The notes under the pieces were generated by a model that was given only the letters and a program-made list of their open reading frames with translations, was not told the DNA's origin and ran no database searches. From assembly GCF_001194135.2 (NCBI RefSeq), contig NC_069001.1, positions 26,364,964 to 26,428,963 on the forward strand: a stretch of 64,000 nucleotides of DNA, given 5' to 3'. Source of the DNA: Octopus bimaculoides (Eukaryota). The translations under genes were made by a program, and so were the position numbers. Positions 1 through 12,119 of this stretch are shown here, piece after piece; the stretch's first letter is position 1; each line of letters opens with the position of its first letter.

Positions 1-238
1 TCATAAACAACATTAATAATTACGAAAATAGTGTAGCAAGGATTATAATAAGCACAGAAAATGAAAAAAAAGAAAGAAGCATGAACTACAATAGATTAAT
101 AAAAAATTCTTACAAGGAGAAATTGAACAGACGATAGAAGGGGAAACAGTAGTAGCAACAACAATAACGTTTAAACCGGCAAGAAAAATTACTGAAGAGA
201 TAAAAGAGAGAGTAATCTAGAGATATTTCTATACTTAC

Positions 239-786
239 CCAACGTTAAAATAATATAAAACAAAAATCTAACGTCAAAAAACAACCGCATCATCAATAGT
301 TATAAGTAGGCATAGAAATAACAAGCACGAACGCCACAACTTCAACAATAGATTCAGTGATAACAGACAGACATACACACAAGTTCACATGGGAACAAAA
401 TACCCGCATCAATCTCCATAAACAACAACAACAACAGTTATAGACTCAACAACTGTAGTGACATCAGCAAGAACAACATCAACACATCAGCAGCACTCCA
501 CCCCGCTTTATAATATCAACAGCAACTACAGCAGCAACAAGAATAGCAACAGTAGCGCCAATACAATCACTTGTACCCTACTACTACTACTGCTGCCAAT
601 GCTGCTTCTACTGCTGCTACAACGACGGCGGCTACGATCGCCATCGCCAGCAGCAGCGCGAGAATCTTCGGTTAAACCTAACGCAAGAACTAAAAAAATA
701 AAGAAAACTACTACTACAACTATTACTATACTACTACTACTACTACTAGCGGTGTTTACGAGAGTAGAGAGAGCGAGCGAATGACT
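239..786 (-). other. Candidate non-coding first exon (5' UTR) of a gene transcribed leftwards out of the window
   Basis: On the - strand a TCAGTC initiator-like motif (783-788) is followed by low-complexity (TAG)n/(CTG)n UTR-like sequence. It ends at a strong donor TGG|GTAAGT (233-238). No credible ORF. Confidence 0.35.
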
Positions 787-1697
787 GACAATGTAGTTTT
801 CTGCTGCACACACATTTGTAATGTTGTTTATCAGCTAAAAAAAAATACTAAACAAAACAAAAACGCAACGAAAGAGACCTCTTAGGACGAATTAAAATTA
901 AACCAATGTTGTTGTATATGCACTTATATACACATCTTTCTATNNNNNNNNNNNNNNNNNNNNNNNNNNNNNNNNNNNNNNNNNNNNNNNNNNNNNNNNN
1001 NNNNNNNNNNNNNNNNNNNNNNNNNNNNNNNNNNNNNNNNNNNNNNNNNNNNNNNNNNNNNNNNNNNNNNNNNNNNNNNNNNNNNNNNNNNNNNNNNNNN
1101 NNNNNNNNNNNNNNNNNNNNNNNNNNNNNNNNNNNNNNNNNNNNNNNNNNNNNNNNNNNNNNNNNNNNNNNNNNNNNNNNNNNNNNNNNNNNNNNNNNNN
1201 NNNNNNNNNNNNNNNNNNNNNNNNNNNNNNNNNNNNNNNNNNNNNNNNNNNNNNNNNNNNNNNNNNNNNNNNNNNNNNNNNNNNNNNNNNNNNNNNNNNN
1301 NNNNNNNNNNNNNNNNNNNNNNNNNNNNNNNNNNNNNNNNNNNNNNNNNNNNNNNNNNNNNNNNNNNNNNNNNNNNNNNNNNNNNNNNNNNNNNNNNNNN
1401 NNNNNNNNNNNNNNNNNNNNNNNNNNNNNNNNNNNNNNNNNNNNNNNNNNNNNNNNNNNNNNNNNNNNNNNNNNNNNNNNNNNNNNNNNNNNNNNNNCAC
1501 ACACACACACACACATGTATATATATACACGCACACACAAATATGTATATACATAAATATATATACATAAGTATGTATATATATATATATATATATACAT
1601 GTATGCATGTATATGTATATACATATATATATATGTATATATATATGCATGTTGGTATATATATATATACATATGTATGTAAATATGTATGTATGTG

Positions 1698-1740
<43 letters not shown>

Positions 1741-2565
1741 NNNNNNNNNNNNNNNNNNNNNNNNNNNNNNNNNNNNNNNNNNNNNNNNNNNNNNNNNNNN
1801 NNNNNNNNNNNNNNNNNNNNNNNNNNNNNNNNNNNNNNNNNNNNNNNNNNNNNNNNNNNNNNNNNNNNNNNNNNNNNNNNNNNNNNNNATATATATATAT
1901 ATATATATGTATGTGTATGTATCTATATATATGTATATATATATTTGTATATATGTGTATATATATATATATATATACATAAATATATATAATTACAAAT
2001 TACGCCCATCCATACATTCACACAGATACATACACACACACCCGCACTTGTAAAGAAATGGAATTACATAAGTTTTATAATATTTTACTAATAATCGTAC
2101 TGGTTTGCATGCGGACACACAAACACATAGAGGGAAACTATACAGATATAATGTTTGTGTGTATGTAAGTAGGCGTAACATCTAATCACTTACAATATTA
2201 AAAGTTTAAATCTACATCTACTGCTTATATTCTACTACTTGGGTATCTATCTAGTTAATCGAATATCGACATCTAAATACGACTATAGATTTATGATAGA
2301 TCCTCCCTCACATGCATTTGTGATCATTGAGAGACAAGCATTTATATGTCTGTCAATTTACTGAAAACTTATACATTTTTAATAAAGAGTCATAAAATAT
2401 GCGATTGGTGCGTGTCATTTAAGCATAGCTTTAGCCTCGATACATTTAAAGTAGCTGATCGTTTACAAGTTTAAGTGACATATCTATAAATATATACATG
2501 AACTCTTAATTAATCTTAATGCCTTCCCGTGTAATTACGACAAATAATAATAATAATAATAATAG

Positions 2566-2784
2566 TAATCCTTTCTACTGGAGGCACAAAGGTCTCAGAT
2601 ATGTGGGGTGTGTGGACTTGTCGATTATATCGACCCCAGTACTTGCCTGGTACTTAATTTATCGACCTCCGAAAGAATGAAAGGCAAAGTCGACCTCGAC
2701 GGAATTTCAACTCAGAACATAATGACGGACGAAATGCCGCTAAGCACTTTGACCGGCATGTTCCGTATCAGTCTGCTCGCCGCC
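2566..2784 (-). mobile_element. tRNA-derived SINE, family A (GTCGATNANATCGAC hairpin; CTTTCATCCTTTCGGGGTCGATAAA core, Meta-domain-like; (ATT)n tail)
   Basis: Clearly homologous to copies at 22359, 24086, 26617, 30400, 32250, 48370 and 58050. Degenerate A/B boxes at the head; (AAT)n tract at 2546-2565 is the tail. Confidence 0.85.
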
Positions 2785-3737
2785 AATAATAATAATAATA
2801 ATAATCTGATTAGATGATATAAACAATATTTACAAAAAAGTCTGATAAATGTTAAATATTCCTCTATATATATATATACACGTTTGAAAATTATTTGTCA
2901 TAATAATAATATTAGCAGTATATTATTAATAGTAATTAATAAGATTGGACATACGTTAGTATTTGGTAATTATATTACTTATTGTTTTAGGAATATAAAA
3001 GCATTATTTTGGTAAAATATTTTGGGGATATAAAAGTAAACAGACAGAGGCAAAAGACCAAAAATCTAAGTAGCGCAACAGGTAAATAATACAGCAACAA
3101 GTGGAAATCCTTGCCCGTGTCACTCACTCATTCCTTTAAGCAACTCATTCATTCATCATTCATTTTCTCCGTCCTCTCAATACTCTTTCTCTCCTGTTGA
3201 ATATATTCAACCTCACTAACGCACACTTATACACAAACATACACGGACCATATACATACATACACTCACTGCATCAACTAATTTTATACGAACTTCTTAG
3301 CTGCCCCTTATTATATGTCGCTCTCTTTCTCACCATCATTTTCTCCTTCTTTCTCACTCACTCATTCACTCAATCGCTCACACAGTCTCTCTCTTTCTTT
3401 CTCTATCTTTCTCCCCGTTTAATAAACTCCTCTCTTTCGCCCGCTGCACGCAACTGAAATCTCCACCTCTTCATTTGCTTCGACTCTTAGATTATTTTTA
3501 TTATTTAAAAAAATTTTTTTTTTTTGCAAACTTCAAATAGCAGTAGCAGCAGCTGCAACAACAACAACAATTACGACAACACCAACAACAACAACAACAA
3601 CAACACGGACAAAAATTATTATAGCAGCATTAATATAAAAATCGCTAGCGAAACCACTTTTAGAAACGAAACCAAAAAATCCAAATTTAAATATAAGTAA
3701 AACAAACCAAAAAAAAAAAAAAAACAGCACCGCAATT

Positions 3738-3771
<34 letters not shown>

Positions 3772-4101
3772 AAGAGCCCGTTTTGGTGTTTGTTATATTT
3801 ATTATTGTCATTATCATTGTTATTATTATTGTTATTATTATTGTTATTATTATTATTGTTATTATTACTATTTTCGCTATTATTGTTATTGGTGTTCTTA
3901 ATCTTTGCAAAGAGGTCTCGAAGGCTTTTGTTTACTTTTGCTTTCGTTCTTCACTTCTGCATGAATATATATATATGTATATACTTCAACAATTTTCCAC
4001 TTTTTCTACGAGCCTTTATTCCTTGCTTCCTACCTAACTCGCTTCAGCTACTTCGTCTCTGTTTTCTATCTGTCTGTCTATATCACTGCCTGTTTCACTA
4101 T

Positions 4102-4135
<34 letters not shown>

Positions 4136-4557
4136 GTCCATCCCTGTCTATCAATATCTATCTATCTTTCTATCTATCTCTAGCTATATGCCTGTCTATC
4201 ATTCTTCCGTTCTTTCTTACAGTCTTACCTTCTTCGAGTCTTTTTCTTTCTTTCTTTCCTTCTTGCAATCTTTCTCCGTCTGTATTTCTATTTAGTTACG
4301 GTCAACAATGTTGATATTGTTGTAGTTGTTCTTACAACAATTGTTATTGTTTTGCATTTTTTGTTTAGTTTCGTTTTCTTTTTACTTTTTGTTTTCTTTT
4401 TGTCCACCTGTTCGTGGTTGTCATTTCGATAATTTTTCCGCATCTCAAATTGTCTCTCTTCGATCTTATTTCGTTCCATAGATCTTTCGAAATCGCGTTT
4501 GCGATTTACTTTTATTCCTTGTGTACATTGTATCTTCCCCTTCTTTCACTTTCTCTT

Positions 4558-4600
<43 letters not shown>

Positions 4601-5516
4601 CTGTCTGTCTGTCTGTCACTCAGACTCTCTCCCCCTCCCTTCATACATATAGACATCCAGACACACACACACGCACACACTCCCACTCCTTCCAAAGTCT
4701 TGTTACATATAATTTTTCTATTCGGTTCTTGCACGCCTCGCTTTGCTACTTCCCTCCTACCCAGCATTACAACAACAAACAAAGAAATTTCATAAAAAAG
4801 TAATACAAAACAAAATACCGCACTCACACAGACACACAGACACACACATACATACATATAGGCGCATACATGTACATAAACGTACACAGCTAACGCATAC
4901 ATATTTTCACAGCTCCACCTACCCCTGTTCTTTATTCCAGCCTACCGACGACAACCAAGCCCAACATCACCGTCGCCATCTTTACCACTACCACCACCAC
5001 CACTACCGTCGTAGCAGCACCAGCAGCCACTGCCGCCTCCGCCAACGCCGTCGTCTCGACTACCAACCAATTCCACCACTACTACCACCACAGCCAATAC
5101 GCCACTGTCGTCTCTGTCACTACAGCTCGAAAACGCGAAAAACTCCTCACCCCACTCTTTCAATTCCACCGAGACGAAGGGGAAGAAAAAACTCCACCAC
5201 CACCACCAACAACAACAACAACACTACCANNNNNNNNNNNNNNNNNNNNNNNNNNNNNNNNNNNNNNNNNNNNNNNNNNNNNNNNNNNNNNNNNNNNNNN
5301 NNNNNNNNNNNNNNNNNNNNNNNNNNNNNNNNNNNNNNNNNNNNNNNNNNNNNNNNNNNNNNNNNNNNNNNNNNNNNNNNNNNNNNNNNNNNNNNNNNNN
5401 NNNNNNNNNNNNNNNNNNNNNNNNNNNNNNNNNNNNNNNNNNNNNNNNNNNNNNNNNNNNNNNNNNNNNNNNNNNNNNNNNNNNNNNNNNNNNNNNNNNN
5501 NNNNNNNNNNNNNNNN

Positions 5517-5700
5517 AGAGCCGCCTGTTGACATAAACGCCCAACCTCGCCTCCTCGCCACACGCACCGACCCAAACTCCACCGCTTCACCCCGCTCGCT
5601 TGGCCGCCACTTAACGAAAACAGAATATTTTTCAGTTAACTTCCAAGTTTCATGTAGTCCCCTCCTAGCGAAGCGCATGGTGGTGGAAAAAAACTTTAAT
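5517..5700 (+). promoter_or_regulatory. Candidate core promoter / 5' UTR start of the glutamate-receptor-like gene
   Basis: Unusually GC/CpG-rich unique stretch followed by a TCAGTT initiator-like motif (5632-5637). Candidate donors at 6342 (CACG|GTATGG) and 6355 (AAG|GTACGT), and a candidate acceptor ending at 8290 (CATTTCGCAG). All inferred from motifs only. Confidence 0.25.
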
Positions 5701-6680
5701 AAGTAGCAGCAGCAGGAGAATCTAACGCATTAATCGGAATATATACACACACATACACTGTCTCATACTAATAATATATACACATACAAACACAATAATA
5801 TACATATACTTACTTACTGAAGGAGAGAGACAAAGAGAGGGAAAGAGTAAGCAACTAATAGGAAGAGATAGAGCTCTAAGTGAAATTTGTAACATATATA
5901 TACATACATACATATATCTATATAGCTTATATATATATATATATATTACTTATAAACGCACCCACCCTTACACAATTACTTGTAGTTTTTTGCTGTCGTC
6001 ATCTTAGAAGTTGTTGTTATTATTATTAACAACAACAATATTAATAATATATTGATATTACATATAATAATAATAATAATACAATAGCGACGGTGGTGGT
6101 GGTGGTGGTGATGATGATGTAGACATTTTTATAGTTATTAACAGGAATATTATATATTTATGTTCGTTTGTTATTACTATTAATATTATTGTTATTATTA
6201 TTACTATTACTACTACTATTATTATTGTTATTATTATTAGCGGTTTCTTGTGACACAATTTTGTTAAAACAAAACAAATATTAAAAAAAAAATACAAAAA
6301 CAAAACAAGGCAAGACAAAATACTGCTCTGATCGTTTCACGGTATGGGTAGAAGGTACGTGTATCTAGGAAGAAAGGTAAATAACAAAAACACGAAATAC
6401 GTCTATCGCTATCATTCCTAGCCCAGCATCCAGTACCACACACACACATATTCCACTAGACGTATTAAGTCTCTTTCTCTCTGTCTCTCTCTTTCTCTCT
6501 CTCTCTGTCTGTCTATCAATCTGTCTATCTGTGTATGTATCACAGATTTGCAACGCTCATACATACATAACGCTAACGGGCCTCTCATTCTTTCAATCTT
6601 TCTCTCTCTCTCTCTCTCTCCCTTTCTCTCCCCCACTCTGTCTCTCTCTGTGTCTGTTAGTGTCTCTCTAACAGACATAA

Positions 6681-6741
<61 letters not shown>

Positions 6742-8500
6742 TGCTATTAACAGTCGGAGACAAAACAATACATTTTAAGGAGTACATAATTATTAACAAG
6801 GAGTAAATCGTTAATCAGTACCACCAACAGCAGCGGCACCATAGTTCTCTAACTTGGCCCGCCGTTTCTCTTTGATATATTAATCACATACACCTATATA
6901 TATCTATCTATCTATCTATCTATATAGTTTGTTATACAGGAACGCATACATACATGCATTAAGGAAGTAAGACAACTATATGCATAAACAAAATTCATTT
7001 GAATTCACGTATGTATACACGCATTTGGATTAATTTTTAAGCATTCATTTACGCATACAAATTTCTTCTCGAGCAAGAAAAGAAGGATAGCACAAACATA
7101 AACAAACAACACTCAAATAAACAAATACATCAATAAACAATAATATTAAAAGCATAATAACAATACTTATTTTTATTACTGTTATTGTTATTACTACTAC
7201 AATTATCATTACACTCTACATTTTTCCCCACTTTTAATTTCGAATGCCCAGAGAATCTCTTAGTTTTTATTTCAATAGCGAAAGAGTGACCGAAGAAGCC
7301 ACCAACAGAATTACGTGAGAGCAAAAGACATCATATTCTACCAGTTGTCTCTTCTATCTCCTCCCCCTCTCACCGTTTATACAAACCCATATATATATAT
7401 TTATATATATATATATATATATATACCTATATATATATGTAAAATTAAAACAAAAGGCTGCAGGAACACTAAAGTAAAAAAAAAAAAAGGAAAAAAGGCG
7501 AAGGAAAGGATATTTACGTACATAGAAGAAAAAAAAAACTCAACCGAAGGCTATTTGTTATATTACATCTCATGTTTTTACCAAAATTTTTGTTACAGTC
7601 GGAGGATTAAAACGATAACAAGAACAAAAAAAAAATCAATCATGTTCGCCGTTTGAGGAATTCTATCATATTATTATTTGCATTCCTTAACTTTCCATAA
7701 TGTTATATTTCTGATCACAGATTTATTTCTAGCACCGATTGCAAAGAATTTCTTCCTTTAAATCATATAAGAACTTTGTCAAAAGCAAATTCTTCCATAT
7801 ATATATAAAACGTAAAAATATTATATATATATACGTGTATATATATATATATATAAATCGGTATAACTATATATATATATATATAATTCCCCCACAGGTA
7901 CATATTGTGTTTTTTAAATGCCGCTTTTATATATAAATTTAAAAAAAAAGAAAAATATGTGAAAACACTTGATGGGGGAATACGGAAGATTTTGAGTGCT
8001 TAATTAAACGGAAAAAAAGATAATTATCTAAATTTAATTGAAAAGAAAAAAAAATTATTTTTCCCTTTTTTTATATCAACGTACAGAAACCGACGTAATT
8101 GTTACGTTATATAATGATGTATAATGTATATATATATACACACACACAAACATGTAACACACATATGTAATTTGAATACACACACACACGCACGCACCCA
8201 CTATCGCATACACTAAACTTCAACACGCGTGTCGCCAGCATTTTTCATTCGCATCAAAGTAAAATTTAATTTTAAATAATCATTTCGCAGATATATTTAT
8301 ATACACACGTCTAAAATACTGCTATATATCTGTATGTATATATATTATATTTATTAAATATATATAGACAGATATAGTAGCTGCTTCAGCTAAGTTTTTT
8401 TTTCACACACATATATATATATATTCATACATATATATTAACCAAAGAAAAAAAAACCAAAAGCTGAGAGCAAATTTTAAGCCGGGAGTACGATTTCAAT

Positions 8501-8609
8501 ATGGATTTGGTAAAAGGATTTCAAGCGGTGAAGAAAATGTGGTTCTGTATACTGCTGTTGGTGGCAACATCACAAAGCACCAAGGCATTGCCCGCGACCA
8601 TTCGAGTCG
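8501..8609 (+). CDS. First coding exon of a probable ionotropic glutamate receptor (kainate/AMPA-type): signal peptide plus first residues of the amino-terminal domain
   Basis: Translates as MDLVKGFQAVKKMWFCILLLVATSQSTKALPATIRV-G. It has a basic N-region, a hydrophobic core and an A|LP cleavage-like site. LPxxIRxG resembles the mature N-terminus of invertebrate kainate-like iGluRs (LPxxIRIGGLF / LPPVIRVGAIF). Perfect donor G|GTAAGT at 8610, phase 1; second in-frame ATG at 8537. Confidence 0.65.
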
Positions 8610-9037
8610 GTAAGTACAGAATTTTCTTTGATATTTTATTCATATGTATTTAAAATTTTCTTTCTAGTATATTTTTTTTTGTGTCGTATTCTTCATCATA
8701 TTGGGATCGAGATATTCCCCTGCTGTTTTTGACAATGTCCTATTCATTCCTGTATATACCGCTCAACAAACGTATCTTATGTGTGTGTGTGTGCGCGTGT
8801 CTGTGTCTGTCCGTGTATATATATATCTATATATATATATATAAGTATTTGTGTGTATGTATAATCAATGATACATCTTGTCATTTATCTTTACGTATAG
8901 CTTTCTTAAGAATCGGTTTATCTAACTTTCTATCTTTTCATCTCTCTTCGTGTGTCTATCGCTTCATCTGTCTGTAGGCCTTTCTGTGACACCCTTTCTC
9001 TTTTTCACTTTCGCTCTCTCTATCTGTTCCTCTATCA

Positions 9038-9083
<46 letters not shown>

Positions 9084-9387
9084 CTGTCAGTTTGTCCGCA
9101 AATGTTCGACTGTCTGTCAGTTTACCGATCTTTCTACTTAACTATACGCTTGTTTCTGCTGTGTCTGTCTAAGTACCCATCAATCTACCCCTTACTCTGT
9201 CCATACATCACTACACCTATCTATATAATATGCATATGCACTACTAGGTTTTGCTTGCCTCTATCCTGTCAGTCTGTCCTTCAATATGTGCCTCTATCTA
9301 TCTATCTGTCTGTCTTGCCCTCATTATGTGTGCGCGCATGTGTGCATGTGTGGGTGCAGAAGTGATTGAGTGTGGGACATTTTACCA

Positions 9388-9431
<44 letters not shown>

Positions 9432-9678
9432 ACACGTTCGCTTCTGATGTCTATATACTTTTGGTGGTATATCTATCAACGTAAATCGCACGCGTGTGTG
9501 TACGCGCGCGTGTGTATAGGTGACAAATGTTTCGTCTAGCACACACGCACACACATCTGTTTACCTACCTGTCAAATTGTTTACATATGAATAGCTGTGT
9601 GTCTGCCCGTGTAATGTTGAATTCACTACGAAAAGCAAACGACACGTTCGCATATTCATTCAACGAACACACACACAC

Positions 9679-9718
<40 letters not shown>

Positions 9719-10012
9719 CTCGTATATACGCAAACATAGACACACAAACATAAATACATCAATCGCAACCTACAGAGAATACACAGTGATGCACCAAATA
9801 CATATATAAATATGAAAGGCCGGAATCTCGCGCGTGCGCGCACGCACATATACACGCAGAAAACACTCACGCATACACACACATGTACGTACACAAACAA
9901 CCGCAGAAAGACACATGTTGCTCACAGTTATGTATATTAACATACACACACTCGGAACAGAATAAATTTAAATATAAAGCTTATATATGAATGCTAACTG
10001 ACACACGCACAA

Positions 10013-10044
<32 letters not shown>

Positions 10045-10132
10045 ACACACATACTCGCTCGCTCGCTAGCTCACTCACTCACACACACAAGCGACTTCCA
10101 ATCGGGAGCGTACAAACACACATACACAATTA

Positions 10133-10183
<51 letters not shown>

Positions 10184-12119
10184 GACTCACGTAAGCAGAT
10201 GTATGCAAAAATCTATATACACCTACTCTCGGATGTGTTGCTGTATAAAGTACACATACCATATGAAAATAAACATAGCGAACTTTCCGATATGTGCGAA
10301 TACATACTCGTGTCTATATACGTACACATGTACGTATGTAAGGACGTATGTACGTATGTATGTACGTATAATGTTTTGGGTATGCAGGTCTGTGATGCAA
10401 GAGCTCACACAAACACACACACACACAAAACTGTATCTCAAAATTAAAAATAGCCGCATTCTTATACACTCACAGTCCTATACGCATGTCCCATTTTCAT
10501 TCCATTCTTGACTATGCAAACGACCTATGTATGGGCCACCTATATATGTGTGTACGTGTGCGTGTATGTGTGTGTGTGTGTGCATTGCATGTTTGTGTGT
10601 TTGCGTATATGTGTGTGTGAGTATTGCACAAATAGTAATGAATCAAATGAGCCCACAATGAAATGAATGTATTAGAATATGTGGGTGAGTGTGTTTATAT
10701 GCATAATATATATATATATATATAAATNNNNNNNNNNNNNNNNNNNNNNNNNNNNNNNNNNNNNNTATATATATATATATATATATATATTGTTTTTGTT
10801 TGTATGATTATGTGTTTAAATAAAGCTAATGAGAGGTGTTTAATAATGAGTGCACTCTGTATGAGTTTATGAATTATCCTTTCTCAATAGTGTATTACAT
10901 TTGCAATTCTTCGCCCAAAACTGTCAACCTAGATTAGCTTACCAACTGTTTTAAACACTGATACATCACACACACTCACTCACTCACAAGCACACAAACA
11001 TACACACATGCACACACATACATGTATGAATGCAGAATTGTGCGTGTGTGTGTGTGAGCTTTAAAATTTCTATTAGTTAGAATCATTATATTTTTTTTTC
11101 ATTCAAATATATGACTTTTAAGTTGCTCATGCATTTTCCTACCACGTTTCGTCTCTCACAACACCTACTAGTACTGCTACTACTTTCTGTACAAAACGAA
11201 GTATTACCTGGTGTATTTTCTTTGAACTAAACTCCATATTTGTTTTTTTTTTTGTGTTGTATTCTTTTACCAAGTAGCGTATTATCTTTAATGTAATCAA
11301 ACGTACTGCTTCTATTAGTATCGTCGATTCTCATAGAATATAAGTAAATTTGTGTGATCCAGTGCAACCTTATGAACACCCTTAAATGATTTCTAACATG
11401 AGTGCGAGTTCGCACATCTTAAAACGATGTCTGTATATAGCTAATTAAATGTAAATGAACCCAGGTTTTGTCTGGTATTTAATTGTTTTAGATTGATCAA
11501 ATTAAGGAGCAATGCTGACTTTAAGCCGTTTGTACTGAAAGCCGTAATAAGCAGCACGGAATACAATAGGTTAATTATACACCGTTTCTACGAATCCTAT
11601 TTATCTAAAGCTCTTTGAAAAAAAAAATCTAGAAGTAATACGAATATATATAGGTGTAAGGAAAGCAGTTAAAATGAATAAGACAAAAATACACATTTAA
11701 ACAAAAGACAAAATAAAACAACAGAAAGACTGAAGTTTTGAAATTGGATCCAGGTCGTAGATTACAATGCCCATAATAGACTCTATTCCCATAGTATGTA
11801 TAGTATTGTTCTTGACAAGAGATTCCATAGCGATTTGAACTCAGCTCTGCGAGTGTGCTTGCTGCTTGCTACTAAGCTTGATGATTATGACGATGAGGGG
11901 ATATCATGTTTGTTGTTTATGATAGTAGCTACGATAAGGCTCCAACTTTATACTGTATTTTATCTGTTTCACATGGATGATGGATAAATAATTGGTAAAG
12001 TATTTAAAAGAATAATTTTGTCGAAACTGCTTGTCCTACCTGTCTCTGTGGTGTAAGGATTACCAAAATTTAAAATGTTTTAAAATTATAAATGATTTTG
12101 ATAACAGAAAGTAACTCAC

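Noticed and set aside
848-2053. Long ORFs of YI/CV/HT repeats and X runs (likewise at 18680-19487, 38012-38847, 23388-23606, 61025-61378)
   Set aside because: They are translations of (AT)n/(CA)n microsatellites and N gaps that lack stop codons; not coding.
4743-5531. His/Arg/Pro-rich ORF running into a gap
   Set aside because: Built from (CAC)/(CCA)/(AAC) low-complexity repeats and open in several frames on both strands; no domain similarity or splice support.
6826-6850. CAGCGGCACCATAG, loosely like the left half of an RE1/NRSE site
   Set aside because: The right half-site (GGACAG) is absent, and REST is not established in molluscs.
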